Assembly (NCBI RefSeq): GCF_018350175.1
Contig: NC_058378.1
Span: 1,364,001-1,428,000 of the forward strand
DNA: 64,000 bases
Source: Felis catus
Lineage: Eukaryota
Direction: 5' to 3'
Made by a program: the position numbers and the translations under genes. Under the pieces are notes generated by a model that worked only from the letters and a program-made list of their open reading frames with translations, ran no database searches and had not been told where the DNA came from. Shown piece after piece: positions 39,487-49,989 of the stretch. Each line of letters starts with the position of its first letter. The first letter of the stretch is position 1.

Positions 39487-39689
39487 GGGGCGCCTGGGTG
39501 GCGCAGTCGGTTAAGCGTCCGACTTCAGCCAGGTCACGATCTCGCGGTCCGTGAGTTCGAGCCCCGTGTTGGGCTCTGGGCTGATGGCTCAGAGCCTGGA
39601 GCCTGTTTCCCTCCAGGCTCCCTCTCTCTCTGCCCCTGCCCCGTTCATGCTCTGTCTCTCTCTGTCCCAAAAAAATAAATAAATAAATG
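39487..39689 (+). mobile_element. Young cat CanSINE (SINEC_Fc) with internal template-switch-like variant
   Basis: Consensus head; TSD TTGAATAGATGTATGTTT at 39469 and 39690. Confidence 0.97.
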
Positions 39690-40129
39690 TTGAATAGATG
39701 TATGTTTGCATAAGAACACCATGTCCTTGTGACCTCCAGGGTGTGTTAAACAAAGTCCCTTCAGGTCTGGGGCCCATGTGTGGAGCTGGGTATCTAACTC
39801 ACTAGACAGGTTGGCAATCTGTTACACTGATGCTCCCAAGCCTTGGCATTCACGGCCCATGTGTCTCCCCCTCTGGAAGCTGGGTGGAGCCTGCAACTCA
39901 CTTGAACTACTAGGCTATGGGAAAGGAACACTGCCCGGTTCTGGACAAAGAAGGCCTTGAAGATCCCCCTTTTGTAGTTGGGTGTCCTGCAGGAGACCCA
40001 GTGTGGAGAGAGACCCTGGGGGACAGGAGGTCCTGGGCCGTTTCAGAGCCCCCCTGGAGCTCAGCCTGACCAGACCCCACACGTGTCTTAGTTCCCATTG
40101 TTTCACCTCAGGTCTACACAAGGCCAGTG

Positions 40130-40132
<3 letters not shown>

Positions 40133-40208
<76 letters not shown>
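40133..40208. repeat. Compound (GA)21(GT)17 microsatellite
   Basis: Direct read. Confidence 0.97.
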
Positions 40209-40212
<4 letters not shown>

Positions 40213-40574
40213 CTGGACACAACACTTTGCAGTCGCCACAGTGACTTTACAATCTGCTCTCTGGCCGCACATTGAACACTACGGGTTGAATGTATTTTCG
40301 TCTGAAACGCTTCAGACCAACTTCACTATTCCAGTTCACAATGAGTGGATATTGCTGAGAATATTGAGGGAGAACAGTGAGTTAATCTCACTAGATTAAC
40401 TTTTTAAAACATTGTTTACATACATGCCAAAAACACTCCAGTACTCGTTAGATTTAGTGTAAATTAACTCTTTGTGAGACTAAGATATGAGATTAATGCT
40501 TTCCATACCATGAGCTCATGATTTCGAAAATTCCACAGGAAATACTTCAGTATTAAATTAGAAATTAAACACTA

Positions 40575-40710
40575 ACTCCATGGTTTTTCAAAGTTTAGTA
40601 CATCAGAATCACCCGGCATAATTGGTGAACATGACCAGCGTTAGGCCATATACTTCTAGCCCCTGCCTGTGCGTACACAACTGCAGAACTGCGTTTAAAC
40701 ATGTCTCGAA
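40575..40710. mobile_element. MER5-like hAT fragment
   Basis: CCATGGTTTTTCAAAGTTTAGTACATCAGAATCACCCGG...CTGCGTTTAAACA. Confidence 0.45.
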
Positions 40711-40909
40711 GCCACTTCTTATTACTTAGCAAGTGAATTCGTGGGGATAATTAAAATATGATGTGAATGAATTACAAGTTCTCTCTGACTAGAGTTCTTG
40801 TGCTTATTCGGTAAGAAGTCTGGTTGCAATAAAATACTGTTGGAACTTTGTGTCTGTATATTTGCAACCTCTTCACTTTTGGCTTTGGTGCTTCGTTTTC
40901 ATTGGCTTA

Positions 40910-41117
40910 TTTTTTTAAGATAAATGTTTATTCACTTTTTGGAGACAGAGAAAGAGAGAGCATGAGCAGGGGAGGGGTGGAGAGAGAGGGAGACAGGATC
41001 CAAAGCAGGCTCTGTACAGACAGCAGAGAGCCTGACACGGGGCTGGAACCCGCAAGCCGCGGGTCACAACCTGAGCCGAAGTCGGACGCCCCACAGACTG
41101 AGTCGTGCAGGCGCCCC
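40910..41117 (-). mobile_element. CanSINE
   Basis: Ends CTGAGCCGAAGTCGGACG...CAGGCGCCCC on +. Confidence 0.93.
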
Positions 41118-42299
41118 TATTTTCATTTCATTATTAAAGTTGACTGGAGTTGGTTGTAGTTTCAATTGCTGTTTTTCTGTTTTAAAAAATATTAATGTTA
41201 TATTATGTTTATTTAATACCTTGTGAGTTCTTACTTAACAGTGAGTAGAGATACATGTCTTCAGCAACATAATTTTTAAGCTGCAAATTTTATTAAATAG
41301 AATTTTACTCTAATATTAAAGTGGCTATATACAAAAATGTTTTTAAATTATTAAACTGTAAAAAATCATTAATGATGTGCTACCTATGCATTTGTGGTGT
41401 CTTAAAAAGTTATATCAAACAACATTAAAAAATTTTTTTTAATTTATAGGGGGCATTTTAGTAATTTAAACAAGGTGTTGGATTTATATCCATTATTAAG
41501 TGCTTGTTGAGTAATTTATTTATGTTGGTGTAAAAATGTTACTACTGTTCATGCGAAATGAAAAAACCTTTTTTTTTTTTTTAATTTTAAGAAGAAAGGG
41601 AAAGAGTTGTTGTATTCGAGCCCCAGTTAGGACAGCTGCACAGAATACACCATCTTCACAAAGAAGGAAGTGCTCCTGGGAAGGGATATTTGGTGTAGGG
41701 TTATGTGCGTTTTTTACATAAAGAGTTACAAAGCATTATGATGAAGCACATTCCAGAAAATTACAGACTTTACGTTATGTTTTTAGTATGTGCAAGACTG
41801 TATGACTTTAGTCTTACGGGATCCAGGGAGGTTTGTTTGTTCTTCTTATCTTTATGTTTGGAATGCTCCTTTTTGCTTTTTTTTTTTTTCAAACGACACA
41901 CACATACAACGTGTGCTCACCCAGAATCAAAACCCAGGCTTTGAGGCTTTGCTGAGTCGTTCTGACTTTGGTAAGTGTGACAGAGTGAGTTTCCCTGGAG
42001 TCCCGGGAGCAGAGCCCATCACCACTGAAAGTTGAACATTTCCTCTATCACTATTAGCATTTCTATTATCATGAACTTTTGTCATGGGATATCAAGGATG
42101 TTGAAAGTAGCAATGTTCTGGAAGGAAACAGCACCTCAGCTAGGCAGCCATAATAGAGTTCACTGTTTAGGGAAACGGAGGACATATGATCCAGGCCTAG
42201 TCGTCGTACCTGCGAGGACTTGAGATGCAGGCTGGTGTGGTCATCGGGGCCCAGACAGGACAAGGGCACAGAAATGGCCTCCTGCCCGAGCAGAGACTT

Positions 42300-42525
42300 G
42301 TAGAGGGCTAGCAAATCAGTAGGGAGGGAGTTAGGAGAATAAACACCCAACCCTCACTCTCAGGCTGGTGTCTGTCTCCTAAAAGTGCTTCTCTTTATTC
42401 TACTCCAAGCCAGATGGCAGAGGGCCCCACTGTGTGCTCCGCAAAGGTCAGCCACCCAGGCACAGGGCGTTATGAAGAAGGGTGAGGAATGGACCTGGGA
42501 GAACAAATGGGAACGCTCAGCACTC
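42300..42525 (-). mobile_element. LTR33-like (ERVL) LTR fragment
   Basis: AGGTCAGCCACCCAGGCACAGGGC...GAAGGGTGAGGAATGGACCTGGGAGAACAAATGGGAACGCTCAGCAC resembles antisense LTR33 5' end. Confidence 0.45.
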
Positions 42526-42660
42526 ATGGGAGAACCATTGTCTCAATAATTGGATGTTCATATAACAAACTAAATATGATGCCATTAATGTGTTCATATA
42601 TTTCATTGGACGTACATCACAGGACTGACTTCACTGCAAAATTTAGACATTCGTCTTTCT

Positions 42661-42880
42661 TCTTTTTTTTTTTTTTTAACATTTATTTTATTTTTGGGAC
42701 AGAGAGAGACAGAGCATGAACGGGGGAGGGGCAGAGAGAGAGGGAGACACAGAATCGGAAATGAGCTCCAGGCTCTGAGCCATCAGCCCAGAGCCCGACG
42801 TGGGGCTCGAACTCACGGACCGCGAGATCGTGACCTGGCTGAAGTCGGACGCTTAACCGACTGCGCCACCCAGGCGCCCC
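42661..42880 (-). mobile_element. Young cat CanSINE (SINEC_Fc)
   Basis: Near-consensus, CpGs intact; TSD TAGACATTMGTCTTTCT. Confidence 0.97.
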
Positions 42881-43020
42881 TAGACATTAGTCTTTCTAAC
42901 AGCTATTGGTCTCATAGCATCTCGGATAACTTCTAACTAAAGAACTCTACTAATTCTTGCCAGTACTTTTAAGGAATTTCTCTCATTTTCCAAGGTCACT
43001 TCATACTGATTGTATATCTT

Positions 43021-43226
43021 TGTTTAAGTTTATTTATTTATTTATTTTGAGAGAGAGATAGAGAGTGAGCAGAGAAGGAACAGAGAAAGAAGGAGACAGA
43101 AAATCCCAAGCAGGCTCCACATGGTCAGCACAGAGCCTGATGTGGGGCTCGAACCCACAAACCGTGAGACGATGACCTGAGTGAAAATCAAGAGTTGGAC
43201 ACTTAACTGACTAGCCAGGTGTCCCC
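43021..43226 (-). mobile_element. CanSINE (older)
   Basis: SINE body antisense; TSD-like GAYTGTAYATCTT. Confidence 0.92.
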
Positions 43227-43351
43227 GGACTGTACATCTTGAAGGAATGAACAATTCTATATACTTTGGAGCCAAATGAAAATTTATCAGTGGACATTGT
43301 TATTCCTTTTGCAAATCATAGATGAAAGAATGACATTTAAAAAGCATCTCA

Positions 43352-43527
43352 ATGGGCACTGAGGAGGGCACTTGTTGGGATGACACTCAGTGCTGTCTGT
43401 TAGAGACGAACCATTGCAATCTACCCCAAAACCAAGAGCACACTTTACACACTGTATGTTAGCCAATTTGACAATAAATTATATTTTTAAAAGTAAATAA
43501 ATAAATAAATAAATAAATAAAATAAAA
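43352..43527 (+). mobile_element. 5'-truncated carnivore L1 3' end
   Basis: ATGGGCACTGAGGAGGGCACTTGTTGGGATGA...CTGTATGTTAGCCAATTTGACAATAAA, (TAAA)n tail; TSD AAAAAGMATCTCA. Confidence 0.88.
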
Positions 43528-44124
43528 AGAATCTCACTTTTGTAAACTTTCAGAAGTATTTGCTCATGATACTAACGAAGCATGGATATGATAGAACTGA
43601 AAAGTCACAAAATAATGTGTGTCCATCCTCTGCCAATTTATTTTACAAGAACAAAAAGAAAAAGTAATCAATTTTCCTACAGTTATGATACAATAGCTCG
43701 TAGCTTACTTGATTTGTAACCTTTATTTTGTGATCTTTGTCTGAGCCATTTGAGGGTCTTAATCAGATTGACAGTCTAGCTTAAGTTGGTATACAATAAC
43801 TAATCTTATAAATAGATTTAGAAGAGAAAGGGGGTCAAAAATAGGAACTTCAGATTTTACGTGGTTGGATTAAAAAATGTGTGCAATTAATGGGAGTCTC
43901 ACCATTAGCCCAGTGGAGTCAGGTAAAATTACCGGGGATCATACGGGTTTATAGACCATCCTGTAGTTAAGTGTATACCAGACAGATAAAACACCTCAAA
44001 AGTTATTTCTTTGTGTGACTCAGTGATCTGGTCAGATAATACAGGCATATGGCCCTTTATTTTTCTCTCCTTAAAATGATTGTGTTCATGAGACTGCCCC
44101 TTCCACTTTAACATATTTCATTTA

Positions 44125-45616
44125 CTCCCTGGTGTGATTCCATCCTGTGCAGCTGTTCTCTGGAACAGAAGTCGTTTATCCCCATCCGCCCTCTCTCCCA
44201 CCTAAATGCATGCCACCATACCATGGAAGCTTTGAAGGAAATGGACATGAGTCCCAGAACTACCTTTTTGGTTGTGACCTGAAGGCTGACAATGATTATC
44301 ACTTTAATGTGGATAAGGTTGGAAACGAGCACCAGTCATATTTAAGAATGGCCTGTGCAGGGGCTGGTACAAAGGAAGAATTGAACGTTGTTGAATCAGA
44401 GGCAATGAATTACTATGGCAATCCAATTAAAATCACACTGGCAACTTTGAAAATGTCTGTCCAGCCGACGGTTTCCCTAGGGGGCTTGGAAATAATACCA
44501 CCTGTGGTCTTACAGTTGAAATGTGATTCAAGGCCTGTGCACACTAGTGGACAGAACTTTATAGCTGTGGAGGACGATGCAGAGTCAGAAGAGGAAGAGG
44601 GAAGGGGATATGAAACTCCTTGGTATATTTGGAAAGCGTTCTGCTCCTGAAAGTGGCAGCAAGTTTCCACAGAGAAAAGTAAAACTTGTTGCTGATGAAG
44701 ATGATGATGAAGAAGATGTGAAGATGATGGTGATGGTGGTGATGGTGACGAGGAGGAAACTGAAGACAAGGCTCTAGTGAAGAAATCTATACAAGATACT
44801 CCAGCCAAAAATGCACAAATATCAAACCAGAGTGGAAGAGACTCAAAATCATCAACACCAAGATCAAAAGGTCAATATCCTTCAAAAAATAGGAAAACAT
44901 TGCCAAAACACTGAAAGGGCCTAGTTCCATAGAAGATATTAAAGCAAAAATGGCAAACAAGCATAGACAAAGGTGGCCCTCTTCCCAAAAGTGGAGGCCA
45001 AATTCATCAATTATGTGAAGAATTGTCTGCAGATGACTGACCAAGAAGCTATTCAAGGCATCTGGCAGTGCAGGAAGTCTCTTTAAGAAAACAGTTTAAG
45101 CAGTTTGTTAAAATTTTCAGTCTTGGGGTGCCTGGGTGGCTCAATCGGTTAGCTTCTGACTTCGGCTCAGGTCATGATCTCACAGTCGGTGAGTTCGAGC
45201 CCCGCATCGGACTCTGTGCTGACAGCTCAGACCCTGGAGCCTGCTTCGGATTCTGTGTCTTCCTCTCTCTCTGACCCTCCCCCGGTCATGCTCTCTCTCT
45301 GTCTCAAAAACAAACATTTAAAAAAAATTGTTTTCAGTCTTATTTCATTTCTGTAACAGCTGATATCAGGCTGTCCTTTTTATACTGCAGAGTGAGGACT
45401 TTCCCTGTGACGTCTGATCAACGTTGTCCAGGTTCCATTACCAAGAATGTGTTGTTCAAACTTCCTGTTCATTTTTAAACATGGAACTCTACCCTTTGCT
45501 TGGGTTCTGGTACATACGGGCTGTTAGACAGGATGTGGTGGCAGTCAGACAAATAGAAATGGTGGGGAGATGAAAATGTGCATGTGAAATAAACTCAGTA
45601 TTTTAATAAAGAAAAA
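44125..45616 (+). pseudogene. NPM1: Processed NPM1 (nucleophosmin/B23.1) pseudogene, full-length mRNA copy
   Basis: Intronless; 5'UTR CCCTGGTGTGATTCC; ATG 44223; [12 protein letters not shown]...[17 protein letters not shown]; acidic tracts; [24 protein letters not shown] stop 45084-45086; 3'UTR with AATAAA 45588 and 45605; several frameshifts and stops. Confidence 0.97.
45125..45328 (+). mobile_element. CanSINE inserted in the NPM1 pseudogene 3'UTR
   Basis: GGGGTGCCTGGGTGGCTCA head; TSD TTTTCAGTCTT duplicates the NPM1 UTR sequence. Confidence 0.95.
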
Positions 45617-45946
45617 TTAAATCATTTAAAATTTAAAATACTAATACTCCCCTGAATTCATATTTCCCTTTCAAAAACTATAAACCAAACACATGCTTCT
45701 TACAAAAATCCCACATAGCACGAGTCCTCCTCAACCAGTGATGGAGCAAATCATATATTTAAGTCAATTTTAGCCAATATTTAATCCAACTCGTTGGGCT
45801 GAGAAGGTGTGCCTTCTTTCCTTTCAGTTCTATTTTCCATTTCTTGGATTCTTCATGGTCTGTCTCTTTTTTTTTAAGAATATTACCTATTCACTGTTAG
45901 ACTCCTTCCAATTCAACACAGGAACTCTGTTTTTTCTCCTTAAAAC

Positions 45947-46060
45947 CCATGGTTCTCTCTGACTGGCAATATCAACATCACCTGGGAACTTGTTACAAAT
46001 GCGAATTGTCAACACAGAACAATTTAATCAGAAAATCTGGAGATGGGGCTCAGATTGTTT
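45947..46060. mobile_element. MER5A-like hAT fragment
   Basis: CATCACCTGGGAACTTGTTACAAATGCGAATT...AATCAGAAAATCTGGAGATGGGGCTCAG. Confidence 0.65.
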
Positions 46061-47899
46061 TGTTTTGTTTTGTTTTGTTTTACGTTCCTAGGAATGACCT
46101 TGTCTCTCTTGTCCACTTAAATTCTTACAATTTTTTTTATGATTTGATTCAGATACTACCCATTTGTAACATAACTGTAGACTCTTCCTCTGGAGGAAGA
46201 TTTTTGTTCTAGTGATGTATTTCTCCCTTGTGCCCGGCACAGTTCCCCAAGCACAGAACACACAATTAATCCATAGGGCTAACGCTTCATTATACCTTTG
46301 AATTATCTGCAAACACATAAAAATATGAATGAACATAATAGTTCAGGTAACTGCACGAAGCATATAATGTTTTAACCCCAAGAATTCACGGTCACCTGGT
46401 AAAGCAAATGGGAGGTAGACCACCAACAGTTGGTAGACCACGTTAAAGAGTTTGAACTTGGCCCGCAGCCTCCAGGTAAAATTTGAGGCAGGGCAGAGTG
46501 TCGACTGGTTCATGTTCTGCTAGGATTGCAGCGGGGCTGAGGCTGGGACAGGCCAGCACTTGACGAACTTGACAGGTGTGTACAGACACGTAGGGGGAGG
46601 GGCCTTCCAGGCCAAGAGAAGGGTTGTTTATATTCTTCGTCTTCCGCCCAGTCGTGGGGCAGGGTGCTGAGCAGCAGTGGCTGTCCTGTGGCTCATGTTC
46701 CAACACTTTTAAACCCGGGGGAGGGAAATGTACCAGGGGGAGGCAGGAACAGCGAGGGGGAAAATATTTTCCAGAATGCTGCAGGTCAGCCTGGGACACG
46801 CAAGATCAGTGGACAAGTGTGAGAATCGCAGAAGACGAAAATGTCGCGCCTGTCTCCAAGAACAATAGAAAATACAGACGAGGAGTAAAGAAGACGTTCG
46901 AACGTGAGATTCGGTCGTGTGCAAATGGAGAAATTTCCAGGTGCGTTTCTCTGCGTTGTAGCCTCCTGCCCCACAGTCTACGGGAGCAGGTCTGGCTGGC
47001 TGACGTTATGGGATCAAGACTGGGGAAATACTTGAATAGAGGCTCTGGATTAGAAAAAAGTAACTGAAGCATGCCTGGGGAAGAACAAGTCCTATGAGGA
47101 AAACGGACATCCTATCACTGACAAACACGTGGGACACACACAATGTTTACAAAACTCAGAACACCACCACACACGTTCCCCTCGGGAAGACGTAGCCGGA
47201 CCCCAAGGCCCAAACAGGAATTGCCTATTTAATTGTCTCATGTATGCGAGACTCTTAAGACAAGCAGCTTCTGTAACAGGGTCACATGGTCGATGGCAGG
47301 CTGGAATAGGGTCTGAAGGTGAAAGAGCGACTTGGTTAACTGTGGCCAGCAGACAACAGGTAGAGAATGATACCAACATGTTTAATTTTCACTTTCCATC
47401 TAACAGGAGCGTGTAAAAACCGTTTCTGACCCCGTGTTTGCAGTTAACCGGCCATGAGCCGTGAGAAACAGCCTAATAATGATGCTTTGTGTTGCACGCT
47501 GTCAGGTGGATTTCCTCTGGAGGCATCGTCACGTCCAGGGGCCGGTTCAGAGGGGCCCCAACGACCATCCGAGTGGACGCGCATTTTGTGACGCGGCCTG
47601 AAGAGTGACTGCTTGCGTGCGTTTGAAGGATGAGCTCCATCAGCTTGTCCTCGAGCTGGTCTCAGCTTCGTTTCCGTGCTCCGGGGTGTTCCTCTCATTT
47701 CCTGCCGGAAAGGCCAGGAAACCCGTGTGCACCCTGAGCGTCCGCACGGGAGTCACTCCCTCCGTGCTCCCACAGGCTAGGATGAGCATCCGCCGGTACT
47801 CCTTAGTTCGAGATCACCTTTGATCGTCTCTGGTCCTGAAGGTAGGATATTGGCACAGAAAATAAAAATTAACGATGATGATGATTGCAGTGAGGATGG

Positions 47900-48080
47900 G
47901 AGCTTTAAAAATGGCTCGCCTCTTTGGACATTACAGCGCCCCTAGCACGTAGGTATGGTTTGGGGTGAATATAAGGACACGGCATCTCAGAAGGATTAAG
48001 GAACGTGTCTAAGATCAAACAGGAAGTGGGAGAGCCGAGATTGGAACCGACCACTGTCAGAGGCTAAAAATCCTCTCCCA
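47900..48080 (-). mobile_element. MIR (degenerate)
   Basis: CTCAGAAGGATTAAGGAACGTGTCTAAGATCAAACAGGAAGTGGGAGAGCCGAGATTGGAACC. Confidence 0.55.
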
Positions 48081-49989
48081 CTGTGTCCAAGAATTGACTC
48101 ACCGTATCATGATTCACTTTACCAAATCTGTCAAATCTGTCATTTACTGTAATGGCTTACAACTTCCTTCATTAACAGTGCCCATGTCTTATCCAGGTGA
48201 CCATGTTTTCTCTCTTTGGCTATACTTCCTGCTTTCCAGAATATTTCACCATATTTATTTGATTTAGCGGGTGAAGGACCGTTTCTGCTACAGCTGGGAA
48301 GGGCTAGGTGGACATGCGTGATTTGGTGGGGGGAAGAAGTCCTCATTCCTCTAGTGCACCTGTTACTGTTTCCTAGAAGCAGAAAGGGTATGTGTTAATG
48401 GCTGTCATCACCATATCACCACAATGCTGTCAGGACTCCCCCTGGGATGTCACAGCGCGCTTTTATTTACCCTTAAAAATGTGCACATCCTAGTGTATCC
48501 TCAGTGCTGTCTCTCTTGTGTCTACAAAACAGTATGCTTTGGCCGATCCTCTCATTCGGATTGTCTGTATCTTGTTTGCTCTTCCTGAAAGAGCATTTAT
48601 TTATCATTTTCTCTACTCCAAACCTTTTTCCCATGTATAGATTGCCCTCCTGAAAATTTTCTCCCTTCCGCCTCAATCTCTCCCTCCCTCCCTCCTCTTA
48701 CGGTCATGCATAAAAAGGCTACCACAGCTCAGAATGTGCTCATTTTAGCTAAAGAGAATCATATCAGAATGATGTGTATGAAGAGCGTATTTAGTTCAAG
48801 AATAAAATAACAGCCTTCTTTCATCGCTTCAAGTTTTGTGTGATAATACAGGATTAATTTTGGATTTAAATAATACTAAAAGAGGGAGAGAGACTTTTGT
48901 CAAGATGAAGTAGGGTTTTAAGTGATTGAGAACCCTGCTTTGGGTTCTCCATGCAATCTCAGAACCAGAGAGATGAGTAATACTTTCACCTTAATTTCCT
49001 CAGTGTGTCTGTCACATTTATATTATTTTCCTAAGGTCTTTCTACTGATAGGAAATTGGAACAACGTTAGTGACATCGGATGATGAAGATTCAATTTTCA
49101 GTCTTCCATCAGACACTTTAGCTTTTGTTCTACAATACAAACTTGGTAGGGGAGGGGTCTAGTAAACAGCTTATCTGGCTTTGCCCAGAGGGGATGTAAT
49201 GGTGTCTTAAGTGATTTATGTTCAGAGTGCTCCCCTCAAGGGAGGGAAGCAGCTTTTGAAAAGAAGCACAGTCTTTTTAATCTCTAACTGGGATCTAGAA
49301 GGGTTATTGTTTCAATTTGAACTCAAGAAATAGAAGATTGAGATGGAAAGTATTGGAATATTATACTTACTGGTGGTTCATTGAATGAATGCATGTACAC
49401 ACACACACACACACACAGTGTTTTGTCTAATCGAAAATTAAATATCCTAAGTTTTATAACTACCAGCATCTACTGTAAGTCAACATTTCATTAAATCAAA
49501 CATCCACCAGACTTGCGCATGCTTTGGCACAGCTCAGGGAGATGCTCACAGCCAGTCTTCAGATAAGTCGACGCATGTGCAGAGGAGGCCGCAGGGATCT
49601 ATGTACGTGACCTTTATGCAAAGCAACTTATCCGTATAGAAGAAAAAAACACATTAGCTAGATCAAATGATAACGGTTCCGTGTAACAGAAAAAGCAACA
49701 ATTTACGGACTGCACTGATGGCCTTCGTCCCAAGGACCTTGCATCTGGCGGCTCTGAGGAGAGGCCGTGGTGACACAGGCCCTTCAGCCCGGCTCTGTGG
49801 GTCCTGGTGCTGAGCCACGGCCCCGCTCCCCTCGGGCAGGAGGGCCCTGTTCTTTCCCGGATACTCACCCAGTGGATTCCATGATGTATCCAGAGCTCCG
49901 GCTAATCTCCACTGTAGTGTGTTTCTCTGTTCAGTGCACTATTACTCACGCCCCTATGCCAGTAGGTCAAATACTCTGGAGGCCTCACA

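Noticed and set aside
44223-45086. Functional NPM1 gene
   Set aside because: No introns, early frameshift, further frameshifts and stops, terminal WQWRKSL changed to WQCRKSL
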